From Lobosporangium transversale (lineage: Eukaryota), in contig NW_019029000.1 in the NCBI RefSeq assembly GCF_002105155.1, forward strand, positions 124,001 through 188,000: a stretch of DNA of 64,000 nucleotides, in the 5' to 3' direction. Positions 37,099-48,154 of the stretch are shown one piece after another (the stretch's first letter is position 1; every line of letters begins with the position of its first letter). The position numbers and the translations under genes were made by a program. The notes below the pieces were generated by a model. That model did no database searches. It was given only the letters and a program-made list of their open reading frames with translations, and had not been told where the DNA came from.

Positions 37099-39596
37099 AT
37101 GGATTCCTGCAATAGCCATGACAAGGCAAAGACGACCACACATAAATGGCGCACAGAGATTGATCACGATCGTCCAGGCGCCGACTATTTCCTTTCACAG
37201 CCCGATCCAATCATATTTGACCCACTTGCTTACTTACAAAGGAGAAATAAAGACAGATACGTCAAAAAAGACGATTAAGGCAGAATGGATTCGATGGATC
37301 CTGTATTTTCGCGAGTGCCCAGTGCAAATAATCCGAGAAAGAGCTGCGACGGCACCCCCAATGGATTCATCAACAATCACTACGTATTTAGAACAGAAAT
37401 TAAATAACGAGCGCGTTATTGATCTTTTGAAAATCAATAGTGAGCAGTTGTTACTTACCGGAAATGCACAAACGCGCTCTCTGAGGTCACAATGGGGCAA
37501 CCAAGCCCAAACTGATGGAAAGAGGAAGCTCTCAGCATTTGGAGCGAAAGGTAAGCCTCAGGTTCTATTGAATGTTTGGAATCAACGTCCAGGCGCTATA
37601 CACGTCGAAACTCACCATTATATGAATCCTTGGTGAAGCATCGACAACTAATGAGGCGACACTTGGCACATCTTCAGTATGCGTCAATACACCATCGTCC
37701 AGAGAGACTCTCGATCAGACTATCACTATCACAAAGGAATCATTTGACGATGAAGACAATGTCCATGAATTTTTTTTTCGTCACGCCCGTATCAAGCTGG
37801 ACCGATATTGGAGCTTTTACCAACTATTTGTTGAGTCGTAATTTCCAGACATCTTGCAAAGCAGCATTCTTTACATACTACAATAGCCTCCGGTCAATTA
37901 GCAAGAATCCAAACATTGATCCTGCTGCAAGAGACGTTGCAAAAACTGCCATTGTCATTCGTGAATCGCGCTTCCGTACAGAGTTCTTCAAAGCCGAGGA
38001 AATCTTCGTCAAGGCAGCCGCTAACATAAATAATTCATCGGAAGTTACAGAAAGAAGTGAGTGAAGGAAAGTCTATAGTCAGAAAGCGCCACTATTTGGG
38101 CCTTCTGGATGATCTTCCTTCTTCTCAGGACTCTAGCGACAGTTTTTCTGGAAAGGAGAGTTTTTCGAGAAAGAAAAGCAACATAGAACGTGAAGAAGAC
38201 CATACTGGCGAACTTCCCGAACCGATGAATGCTGATCGACTGGTTGGACCTGGTACAATTTCAAGCTCTTTGTCAAATGGCCCAGAAAGCCAGTTAGTTT
38301 GTACTGATGGATATAGTATATCTGAAGCACTAATGAGATACCGGAGAGTGAACGTGATTCAGAAGGTTGCAGCAACCGTTGAGGATATTTTGTAAGTGTC
38401 TAATTTTCTATTAAATAGATTGTTCATTAATGCTATTTGTCATAAATTGAAGGCTATCCAACTTTATTGTATCAAGGCCGCTCTTGTTGAAAGTGTTACC
38501 CATCTCAGTTGTACAGGAAATGTTCCCCATTCGCAACCCATTGAATTTGGATACTTCTGACATGGAGCTTGTTGTTCGTCTGACTACTCGTGCCTCAGTT
38601 GATTCGTTTGATGAGCTGCAAGACTGGCTGGCAACGGAGCCAAGGATGACTTCATCTGTAATATATCGTACGATCTCTATATTCTTGGCAGAAGCAGATC
38701 TCTGGGCCGGTAATAATTGGCACATAAAAGGTAGTGGCGATAATGAGGATACGTTTATAGACAACCTCCTCAAGCCTATTAGTGCCCTTCAAATATTAAA
38801 TTAAAAAATGTCATGACTTTTCGACTGTTGCGTTCGCCTAAAAATGGCAAATTGCAAATTTTTGTTTTGATATTTGAAGGGCGCTATTTTGTCTGCAGCT
38901 TTTGGAAACTTTGCAGGATGTTCTTTCCGCTGCTAAGTTATTAAGGCTTTTTTTTTTTTTTTTTTTTTTTTTTTTTGAGAGTGGAATTGAAAATGCCTAA
39001 TGTTCTCATGTTTACACAACGCATGTTGAATTGCTGTATAGGACTCGCAATAAGCTACGGGCTGTACCCGAAAATAATATGGATGCTAGATTAGAGTTGC
39101 CTGACTACCAAGTATGTTTGGTCGGCATAGTTTTATCTTGGGAGAATTCAAAACAGCCGTAGCTTCTCGTGAGCTGATGGAGGAAGATTTTATCAAGCTT
39201 GGAGTCATGGGTAAAAAAGCTGTTGATAGTCTTTTTAAGGCTGGCTATCCTCAACCTGTTGTTCTCATCCATGGACGCGGAATGGAGGTGGACATTTATA
39301 CGCTGTCTTTACGCGCAGAGGCTCTCTACCAACTGGATCGCCTTGGAACATTTGGTTTAATAATAAATCCATATCAATTTCCGCTGTTGGCAAGCCTTGG
39401 ACCATTGATATCTGCAAGAGTAAGGAAAAAAAGAAAAATAGAAAAATAGAAATGAATTCAGAAATTGAGTATGAAACTAACTAATATCATTCATTTAAGA
39501 TCCACTTTCGAAGCAGTTAAAACTCGCAATAGGGTGCAAACAAATAAAGCATGGATGAGAGGAACCTTTGATGGGAAGCCTGTCAAGCTGCAATAG
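37099..39596 (+). pseudogene. Frameshifted multi-exon gene with a C-terminal PD-(D/E)xK restriction-endonuclease-fold domain
   Basis: NEDTFIDNLLKPI..LPDYQ (PD at 39100)..ILGEFKT..EDFIKLGVMGKKAVD. Frameshifts near 37245 and 39113, and a MITE insertion at 38781. Confidence 0.7.
38781..38885. mobile_element. 105-bp MITE with ATT target-site duplication
   Basis: TIR AG(T/C)GCCCTTCAAATAT matches 15/16 and extends imperfectly to ~33 bp. ATT at 38778-38780 and 38886-38888. Removing it restores LLKPILSAAFG. Confidence 0.88.
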
Positions 39597-39749
39597 GGAC
39601 CAGACCTTGAATAAAACCATATCCAGTCCTGAGTCCTTGCTCTAAGCCTCCCAAGTAGAACACACTTCAGTAAAGGGTTTGTTTTGCCCATTACAAAGGC
39701 CTTTTCTTTTTAATGGACTATTCAAATAGCATCAACAATTAAACTATTT

Positions 39750-42700
39750 CTAACCCGTACGCCAATGACCAATGGCGGCCATTGTTTCTTTGCATGAATA
39801 ATGCACCACAACTCCATCAGGGAAAACCGCAAAGACACTATTTGTATGAGTTGGATAAGAAAAACAAAACATTTAACGCCTGTTTCAAAGGATCTCAATG
39901 TAGAAAATAGTAAAAAGGCGACTTTTTTTTTACCTGTTCCCAATACGCTTATTGCATTTTGGACACATTCTGTCCTCTGTTATCTTAACCCTTCGTGATC
40001 GGTAAAATGTGAGTTGCTCTTGTGTCTATTGAAAAATGAAATGCGTATATCAGCTCCAGAACCACTTTCCACCTTTACATGATAAAGATCTCTTTTGCTC
40101 TCGTAATTACAAGTTCAATAGTAAGGCGTGAAAAATCGGAAATAATAAAATAATAAATAACAAAAAAAGGAAATACCTGGAGTCTTTCGGCCTTAAGTAA
40201 ATTTTTGACAATCATGTTCATATGTTTTGTCTTGTTACTTTCACGAATCGACTTCTCGAAAAACTTGTAAAGCTGATCCACGCGAGTTCCTGCTGGAAGC
40301 AAACGCAGAACCTGAACAATACATTATAGTAGTTATATAATCAGTCTCAAACGATCTTTTTTTTTTAAAAAAAAAATAAAATAAAATATAAAATAATAAT
40401 AATAATAATAATAAAGGTAATTCTCTCCAGGTTTCTCTATTTAAAAACACAATAATAGAATAAATTTTCCTTACAGCGGCTGGATCGATATGGTTGCCAT
40501 GTCGGGTGAGGATATCTAGAGCAGGTTCGAGCATCGGCTTCTCGCCTTTAGGAGGTATTAAGTATACTTCAAGTAGCATAAAATACACATTTTTGGTTGG
40601 ATTATTGCTGTCAAAGTTTTTAATGCAATATCTATTGAGAAAAGAAACAAGGGTTAAGTCATGAACAAGTAAATATTGAAGAGAGTAGGGGGGGTTTTCT
40701 TAATAAAAACTCACTCTTCTGCTGCTTGGAAATTATGTAATTTGCGCACATAAATGTTCAATGCCTGATCATGTTGCCCAATACGACTTAGTAAAATAGC
40801 TCTCTCCTCAAAGCACCCTAGAATTTATCTCCTTATCAGTAATCATCATTTTTCAAATAAACATGCCAGAAACATAATGTTTTAAGAACTAACCATCCAA
40901 TGGTAGGCGACTCAGAATGCGCTCGGCTTTATAAAATTTCGACTTGTCCAAGAATTGCAACAGTTTAACTCGTGTGTTCTTAACAGCTTCTATCATTTTT
41001 TTTTTTTTTTTTTTTTTTTTTGTGTTTGATAAGAAATGAGAATCATTCCACGACAATGTAGTCGATTGAAACATAGTACAATTGAATAATCTACAATCTA
41101 CCTTCATTTCCAGATGCCGAGTCGCGTTGAACTTGGGAGAGATATGATACAACAAGTGTATTGTGGAACTCTGATGTTTGATCCGCAAGCTCATGAATAA
41201 CATGCTCCAAATACATGGCACATAAATCCAAGGAGAGCCTTTCTAGGTAAGATATGACCTTGTACCTTGGCAGAGTATCAATCTCTGGCTCGTCATCAAT
41301 GAAGATCTGTAGTAGTCCATTATCAAAACATAACGTAAGTGTACAATCCTTGATTGTTACATTGAACCCTTGTCATAGTCATAGTGTGGTAACCTGATAA
41401 AACAACATCACAAGGAAAAAAAAAAAAAAAAAAAAAAAATAGCACTAAAGTCAACTAACCTTCATTGCAACAACCGGGTCTGATTCTAAAATCCAGGTTC
41501 CAAACTCTAAGATGAGATTAAAGTGGTCCGCACCAAGTCTCTGCAGGTAGTGGACTGTTGGGAGTACGCCCTGCATCTCTCCAGTGGTTGTATGAATGGA
41601 TTTAAGTAGCTCAAGTGCCTTGCGATGTTGTCCTTTGCCACGATAAAAGTCAACCAGCTCTTTATATTTCTGTATATTTTCAAGGAAAAAGCAGGTCAAT
41701 CACGGTGAATCGGTAATTTGAACTTTTGCGATGCCCAGTCCTAATAATGTAATACAGTGCACAATATTCACCTTATGTTTTAGCAACAAGCTTTCAGTTT
41801 CTTCAAGATTACAGTGATTTGTAACTCTTAAGAGAGATCCTACCAATCTCTCATTAGTCATCATATAGGACTTAAGAAGAGCGGTATCTACAATTTCCAA
41901 TACATGCAGCTTTGCTTCAATCTCCTTTTCCTGATCCTGATGGTTATATGAAAACGAGTCATTGTTTTGCTGCAACTTTTGAATTGATTTTTGAATCTTC
42001 TGGCGCTTATCAGCTAAGAATCTAATAAGGCAACCTACAGCCTCTTCGAGTTCTTTGGTGCCTACAATTAAAAAAGAAAAAAAAAATGGGAATACCTATT
42101 AACAAAAAAAAAAAAAAAGATATGCCGTCGCTTGGCGCCTTCCGCTCATAATTCTTCTTTTTGAGCTAAATGAGGTATTGCAATGCTACAACATACTCAT
42201 AATGATGGGCGGGGTATTTTTGGCATTCAGTGAATTCGAGTCCGTCTCAGTTAGTGTGGCCGAAGTGATAGCCCCAGATTCTTTATCCTTTGGTGGCAAA
42301 TGACCAGAAATAACTGCAGGGTAGAGTGCAATAACATCTACCGCAGGGACATCCAGCTCCAAAAAGAGGCCAAGGGCTTCCTCATACTGATGTGTCCGGA
42401 AAAGATGGTGCGCATACAGTTTCTTAATACGACCAAGAGTATCAACCTGAAGCAAAATCATAAAAGTTATGAACAGGTTAAACCAAAATATTATTCCAAC
42501 AAAAACTTTCCATTAGAGCCTGATAGAATGTAGCTATAATAGCTCTACTTACGTTCTCATCTAACAAAACAGGATCAATCTGATTTATAAGACTAATAGC
42601 TTCTTGGTACTCTTCCTTTTGAACTAACTCGTCAATCTATTTGTTTATAAAATAATAATAATGATGTTAAACGAGTAAGCCTTCAACAAACTCTATTATG

Positions 42701-44311
42701 CTCTCAACTATTATCTCATACTTTGGGTAGTAGTCAGAATTGCGAAATAGCATTTTCAGTACCTGTTGAGGGAAGCTGTAAGGAATCAAACGCCAGACTT
42801 CGCTATGACTCGCGATATAGAGGAGCTTTCCTTGTGTAAGGAGGCGTGCATGCGGTAAGTCTGCACTTTGTACGAGGGCTCTGGTCTCGATGTTTCTGAT
42901 CTCAATATGACGGGCCAGAATAGCAACAGCATAGGGATATGAGTATCCTAATTCCTCAGGTGTTCCTGACCACTCAATCCCATTTTTGCGTTTCGGCGTT
43001 CCGTCAATTCCAACAGATATGCTGGAATCTATCCAATAGGGAATCAGCATAAACAAATACCACCGAGAAACCAATGCACATGTTAAATACGTTAAATGTA
43101 AAGTTAATTGCATAATGTAATGCGGGGAAAACTTTTTTTTTTTTTTTCGCCAAATATTACGTTCTTTGCCAAGAAGAATTTCATCGTTTGGAAGACGTGT
43201 GATAAGCGGCTTCCCGGGTTTTGATCCGAAGCCCATGAGGCCCCCAGTAGCAATGGAACTGAAGCTATTCAATGTATTTAAGGTGCTCTCCAGAGTCGAT
43301 CCGATAGCTCCTTGGTTAGATGCAGAGCTAGGTGAGAACAAGGTCGTCAGAGCGCTCGTTTTACAGTCCATGAGAGCGTACTCGTTATCGAATCCCATAC
43401 AGAGGTTTTGAGTACCGACCCACTCCATTGTCCTGACTCTGTCTGGAATAGAGTACTCCTATAATCGCAATAGCAATAAAAGCAACAACCGCAAAAAAAA
43501 AAAATAAGGAATTAAAATCGACTCTGTTAAGAGGTACTGTAGGACAATAGAAAAAAAAAAAAGAAAGCTCTATACCTTAGTATCCATGAACTCACTATCC
43601 TGCCATGAAAAGACAATAATTTTCTTCCTGACCGCTACTGCGAGCCGTGTAATCACTTGTGGCACTGATCCATCCTGAAATTCGATTTTTGAAAACACAG
43701 AAAATAGATTGGCGCCTTTGGTTTTTCCAAGTTGCGTTCGCAATGCAAATGATTCCAGATCATGAAGATTCACATAGTTGTCTACGGTATACATGGTACA
43801 TATCATTAAAACTTGTTTCGAGATAGATAGACACACATAAAAAAAACTACTGCATTGTTACCAGACAACGTAACCAGGACACCCACTGCCTTGATTATAT
43901 CAATCTGTTCGATAGCCTTTTTTGAGAATGTTTTCAAGGTCTCCATGAGAGTAACCGATATGGCCTCATCCTTGCCTTGTAGAAATTTTAAAAAATAAAG
44001 ATACTGGTGAGTAAAAAAAAAAAAAAAAAGCATGGATGGCTGACTTTCTTCAACTGGTAGCATACCTAATGGCTCTCTCACCGAGTAGACCAATAATGCA
44101 CCATAGAATGTTCCCACATAGAGCTTGTCACCTGTATATGTTTATATGTCGAGATAAAAGTGAAATGTTAGGAACATGGAGTTATCTTGATATCAGCCTC
44201 AGTTAATTGTTAGAAAGTTCATTTGGTTATTGAATTACCTTGTGCAAAGATGGACTCAATCTTATGAGGAAGTTTCTCAATGACTGTATAGACTTTGAAA
44301 GCGTCGTGCAT
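39750..44311 (-). CDS. VPS39: HOPS subunit Vps39/Vam6, many exons
   Basis: Starts MHDAFKVYTVIEKLPHKIESI; CNH-like region LAVAVRKKI and YSYPYAVAI; IVDTALLKSY; ELVDFYRGKGQHRKALELL; C-terminal ITEDRMCPKCNKRIGNSVFAVFPDGVVVHYSC. Confidence 0.96.
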
Positions 44312-45022
44312 TGATTCTAATTTGCTTGTTTCTGTGATCTAATGCGTGAACTAATGGAAGAGTTGCTGGTATTGCTGAACTGGTTCCTGTCTAATATGGG
44401 GTCCCGTGTATTGTATACTCCCGCCTGTCACTATCCTGTTGCTCAACGATACCAAGAACGCCAGCCGCTCGTTGCAAAAAATTGGATTGCAAAAGGGATG
44501 TTAAAATGGACTCTGTGTTTGCCCTCAGCAGCACAGCATCTCCACATTCACGACAAACGCGCGCCGAAGGACTGTCATTTGATGTTCATGTGCTCAACTG
44601 CATTGACTATCTGACTATCACCATTGTAGAAGCGCTTGTGTAACACATGTTTCAATTACTGCATCCCATAAGCTAGCGTCTCCGGACCTTTGTGCCCATT
44701 ACAGCGACTTTGTTTAAGGTTCATTACCATGAAATCTCACCGAAATACTATTCTACGCTTACAGTAGACTTATAGGTTGTTCTGTTCGCAGAAGGAAGAA
44801 TTGTCCATTCAAAGACCTTTGGAACATTAGGCAGACATACTGGCTTTGTATCTCTGAGATATTCTGTAGACATAGATTAAATCAGAAAAGCATTAACTCT
44901 TACAATTGACAATCATTATGTTCTACAAGTTTTGGCTGTTAAAACCAATTCTTTTAACTGGATAGGTTCTACAAAAGATAATAAATATACGCTGAGTTAA
45001 ACAAAGGTAAAGGATTTTCATA

Positions 45023-46267
45023 TAGTGCCGTTCATCTAGTCACGAATAAAATTAGGGAAAAACCTTAATTTGTTGCGTTTTGGGGTCGTCGCAGCCACAT
45101 TGTTTATGAAGTGCTAATGGCCACCAAGTTGGTGTACACCAATCATCACTTATACAACTGCAGCATATCGAAGATACAATGGGTGCTTTAAATAAAACAA
45201 AGAGACACTTGCGCGATGCTCGCAAAAAAAAAAAGCAAAGCGCAGAGCTATCGAAGCAGCACAGAATTTGCAGATGGAAATCGTAGATGACTCAGCTGTT
45301 GTAGAGCTTAGCAGCGTTGAACTCGGGGAGGATTTAGTCAAACCTCAGCATATTCAGGACTGGGATGATATAAAGAACGATCCAGGGACTGAGGGAGAGT
45401 CGGGGGATGAGACAGAAGAGGAAGATTGGATTATGAGGGTGTGCTCCAACAACGATTTCTGGCAGAAACTGCAGCCCCAGATGCAAGAAGCAGCCAAAGC
45501 AGTGAAGACCACAAAAGCATATGCAGGAACTTCTCGATCTGCAATTTTCCGCAAGAATCAAAGACTTAAAACGGCTGCCATGGGCACACCATCTCTCACT
45601 TCAATTGGCTTTATTGGGATATCAAAGGAGCCTGCAGAGAGTTCTACCAATAACCATAATCAGCAACAAAGTATGTATAAATCGTTTCAAATTTATCATT
45701 CTGAACTTTTTTTTATTTTTTTATTGGCGAATACAATCAAAAGCATAGATTTATTTGGTATTATTGAAGCAATATCTCTTTTCCCAAAGGCTTTAAGCTC
45801 AGTGGACATCATCACCATTCGAAAATACGCAAGGAAGTGCTTTCGATATATGGACGCATATCGAAAAAAATATGTCTGGCCAAGTTGCTGAGCAACAAGT
45901 GAAAAAATATAGGTCTCATCGACGTATCCCAGCAAATTGGGGATTTAAAATTACAGTCCACTGAATAGTTTTTATATGTATCACACCCTTTATTGATGTC
46001 ATAGCAAATAAAGTTTAGCCAATCATATTTCGAGATTTATGTAGCGTTTTGCCCCTCACATATGAAAATGGTTCATTTTTTTTTGATGGTAGCTCAAGAA
46101 GAAGAAGTCATATCGACAAAAACCCTCTATTTTACCAAAGAGAAATGGCAAGTGAAGAAGAATTTAGAGCTACTTTTTACCTGAGATTGATAACTGGGGT
46201 GTTGCTCCTCTTCTCCCTCAGGCCAAATTTTTCTGAAAAAATTTTCGTGACTAGATGAACGGCACTG
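45023..46267 (+). mobile_element. Internally deleted IS630/Tc1/mariner-superfamily DNA transposon
   Basis: 24-bp TIR (C/T)AGTGCCGTTCATCTAGTCACGAA matches 23/24, with TA on both sides (45021-45022, 46268-46269). Transposase N-terminal piece YAGTSRSAIFRK and C-terminal IRKYARKCFRYMDAYRK..VKKYRSHRRIP are present; no DDE core seen. Confidence 0.9.
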
Positions 46268-46479
46268 TATATAAAAAAAGGTTACCGTATGATATGCTCA
46301 TACTCTGCAAGGCTGCCTTACACTTCTTAGTGGTATCTGGGACTTTTGCCTTTTTACCTTGCATTGGAAGAGTGGTTGGTTGCAGGGGTGAGAGCTTCAT
46401 TCTGGAGAGAGTAACTCTGGAAGATTTGGCGAAGAACTCCCACTGAGGCATTCTCCTCTAAATAATTATTAACATCATA

Positions 46480-47120
46480 CTCCGCTTCATCGTTTTGATC
46501 TCTATCGTCTACTCGTTACTCTTTTGTCATCCAAGCCAGTGAACAAAGACACTTTTATCAACAATATGGTCAAGCCGGGCATAGACGGACTGTTTGGGAC
46601 TTACCACACATCACTACGCACTGGACAAGTGGTGAAATCAAGTGCGCGGACGGCTACAAGAATGAAGAGAAGCTATAACTCGATCTTCATATCTCGATCA
46701 AGAAGCATTCTATTGTATTCCTGGAGGCAAAGCCTTCAAGTGGAACCGCAACAGACTACATGAATGATCGATTGATGAAGACTCTTTGACGGGATGAAGT
46801 TGGCCGTTGACGGCCTCTTGTGACGCGGTATCTATAAAGTGGTAGTTGATATCAGGATTTCGAGTCGAGACTTTTGTGATGACACTGGAGTATAAGGTAT
46901 CTTATCTACCAATCGGTATTGGGCCCTTTGATCTCATTGGATCGCGGTTCCAGGTTGGCAGTCCATTGACTGCTGCAAAATTCTTGCAATCAGCTCCAGA
47001 TACTGTCAAATGGACATTGGAAGTGGTTTATGAAGCCTAAGGAGAGCCTGTGAAAAAACATGTGGGTCAGAGACTCTTACCACATAAAGCCCATCAAAAT
47101 TAGCCCACGTCAGAAGTAGA
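46480..47120 (+). pseudogene. Second, more decayed PD-(D/E)xK-family remnant resembling 37099-39596
   Basis: NKDTFINNMVKPGIDGLFG vs NEDTFIDNLLKPILSAAFG; ISGFRVETFVMTLEYKVSYLPIGIGPFDLIGSRFQ vs GRGMEVDIYTLSLRAEALYQLDRLGTFGLIINPYQ; WVRDSYHIKPIKI vs WMRGTFDGKPVKL. Confidence 0.65.
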
Positions 47121-47179
47121 TTATTTCTCACTTGCTCCATCCAATCCTAGCCGCTTATCCCAGCGAAAAGCAATCCCCG

Positions 47180-47967
47180 CTGGGTGCTCCTGCCTGGTCT
47201 TGGGTTTTCGAACGTTTTTACTAGAAGCACCTTTCCCTTGTTATGATTCTTTCTATTGCATTAGAAAAAATAATATTTGTGTGCTCTCCTTTTGTAGTAG
47301 CGTCAACGAGCTTATTTGGACTGCTCGCAGACGCAACCCTCGTAGTGAGCCGCGTGTCCCAAGGAACCGTCTCTATCAGTGATCTCGAAAGCAGGATATC
47401 CACCTCTATGGGGTGAGGACGCTAGCATTGAAAGGTATCTCTTTAAACTGGAAAAAATAAAAGATCACCTTGAGCATTATAATGAGGAAAGGCTTGTTGC
47501 GAGACACCAATGGGCTCCAGAAGGGCTAGAGACGCTGAGTACAGTATCATTGCTGCTTGTCTTTTCAAGCTGGTTGGAAGATCAATTTGTAGAAAAGAGG
47601 CAAGTGCAATTAAGCTGTAATTGGGGCTGGACTTGGCCTGTTTGACTTTCATCTCTACATTAATCACTTGTATCATTTTTTTTTTTTGTGTTTATGTTAA
47701 TTATCATTTATTGAGATAGGCTTGCTCTAACCACATCTGTATATTATTTTCTAGGCATTTCCCGTTGGATATATTGTTGTAGGCGTCAATGAGTACTCAC
47801 ACTACCTTTCCAAGAAGCGTGAGAAGTTTGTTGGGCAGGTTGAGATTCGACGACTTTACTGCTCGAACTGCAAGGCATTCATGCATCGTGACAATATCTA
47901 CAACGTTGCTCGCGACTATCTGACCCATCAAGGGAGATCTCAGTATCTCCAGCCTGTTGACACTTAG
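47180..47967 (+). pseudogene. Fanzor/TnpB-like C-terminal remnant; last exon 47755-47967 is not in the ORF track
   Basis: PPLWGEDASIERYL..LEHYN, RRARDAEYSIIAACLFKLVG and VIGAGLGLF; then after AG 47753-47754: AFPVGYIVVGVNEYSH..FVGQVEIRRLYCSNCKAFMHRDNIYNV..QGRSQYLQPVD. Confidence 0.8.
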
Positions 47968-48154
47968 GTGCAGCGTGACGTAGTTTCAGAGTTAATTGTC
48001 CTATCTCACACAAATAAAAAAAAAACAAAACATATCGCTTTGATCTGCAAAGACTGGACAGCGCATTTAACATTCCTCCTGTTCCTCCTCTTTCCCTCCT
48101 CATCTGAATCACTCGATTCGTATAATACATTAATACATAAAGCCATATCACATC

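Noticed and set aside
38782..38879. MITE acting as a spliced introner (GT..AG)
   Set aside because: Splicing at these sites shifts the frame, and the donor GTGCCC is weak.
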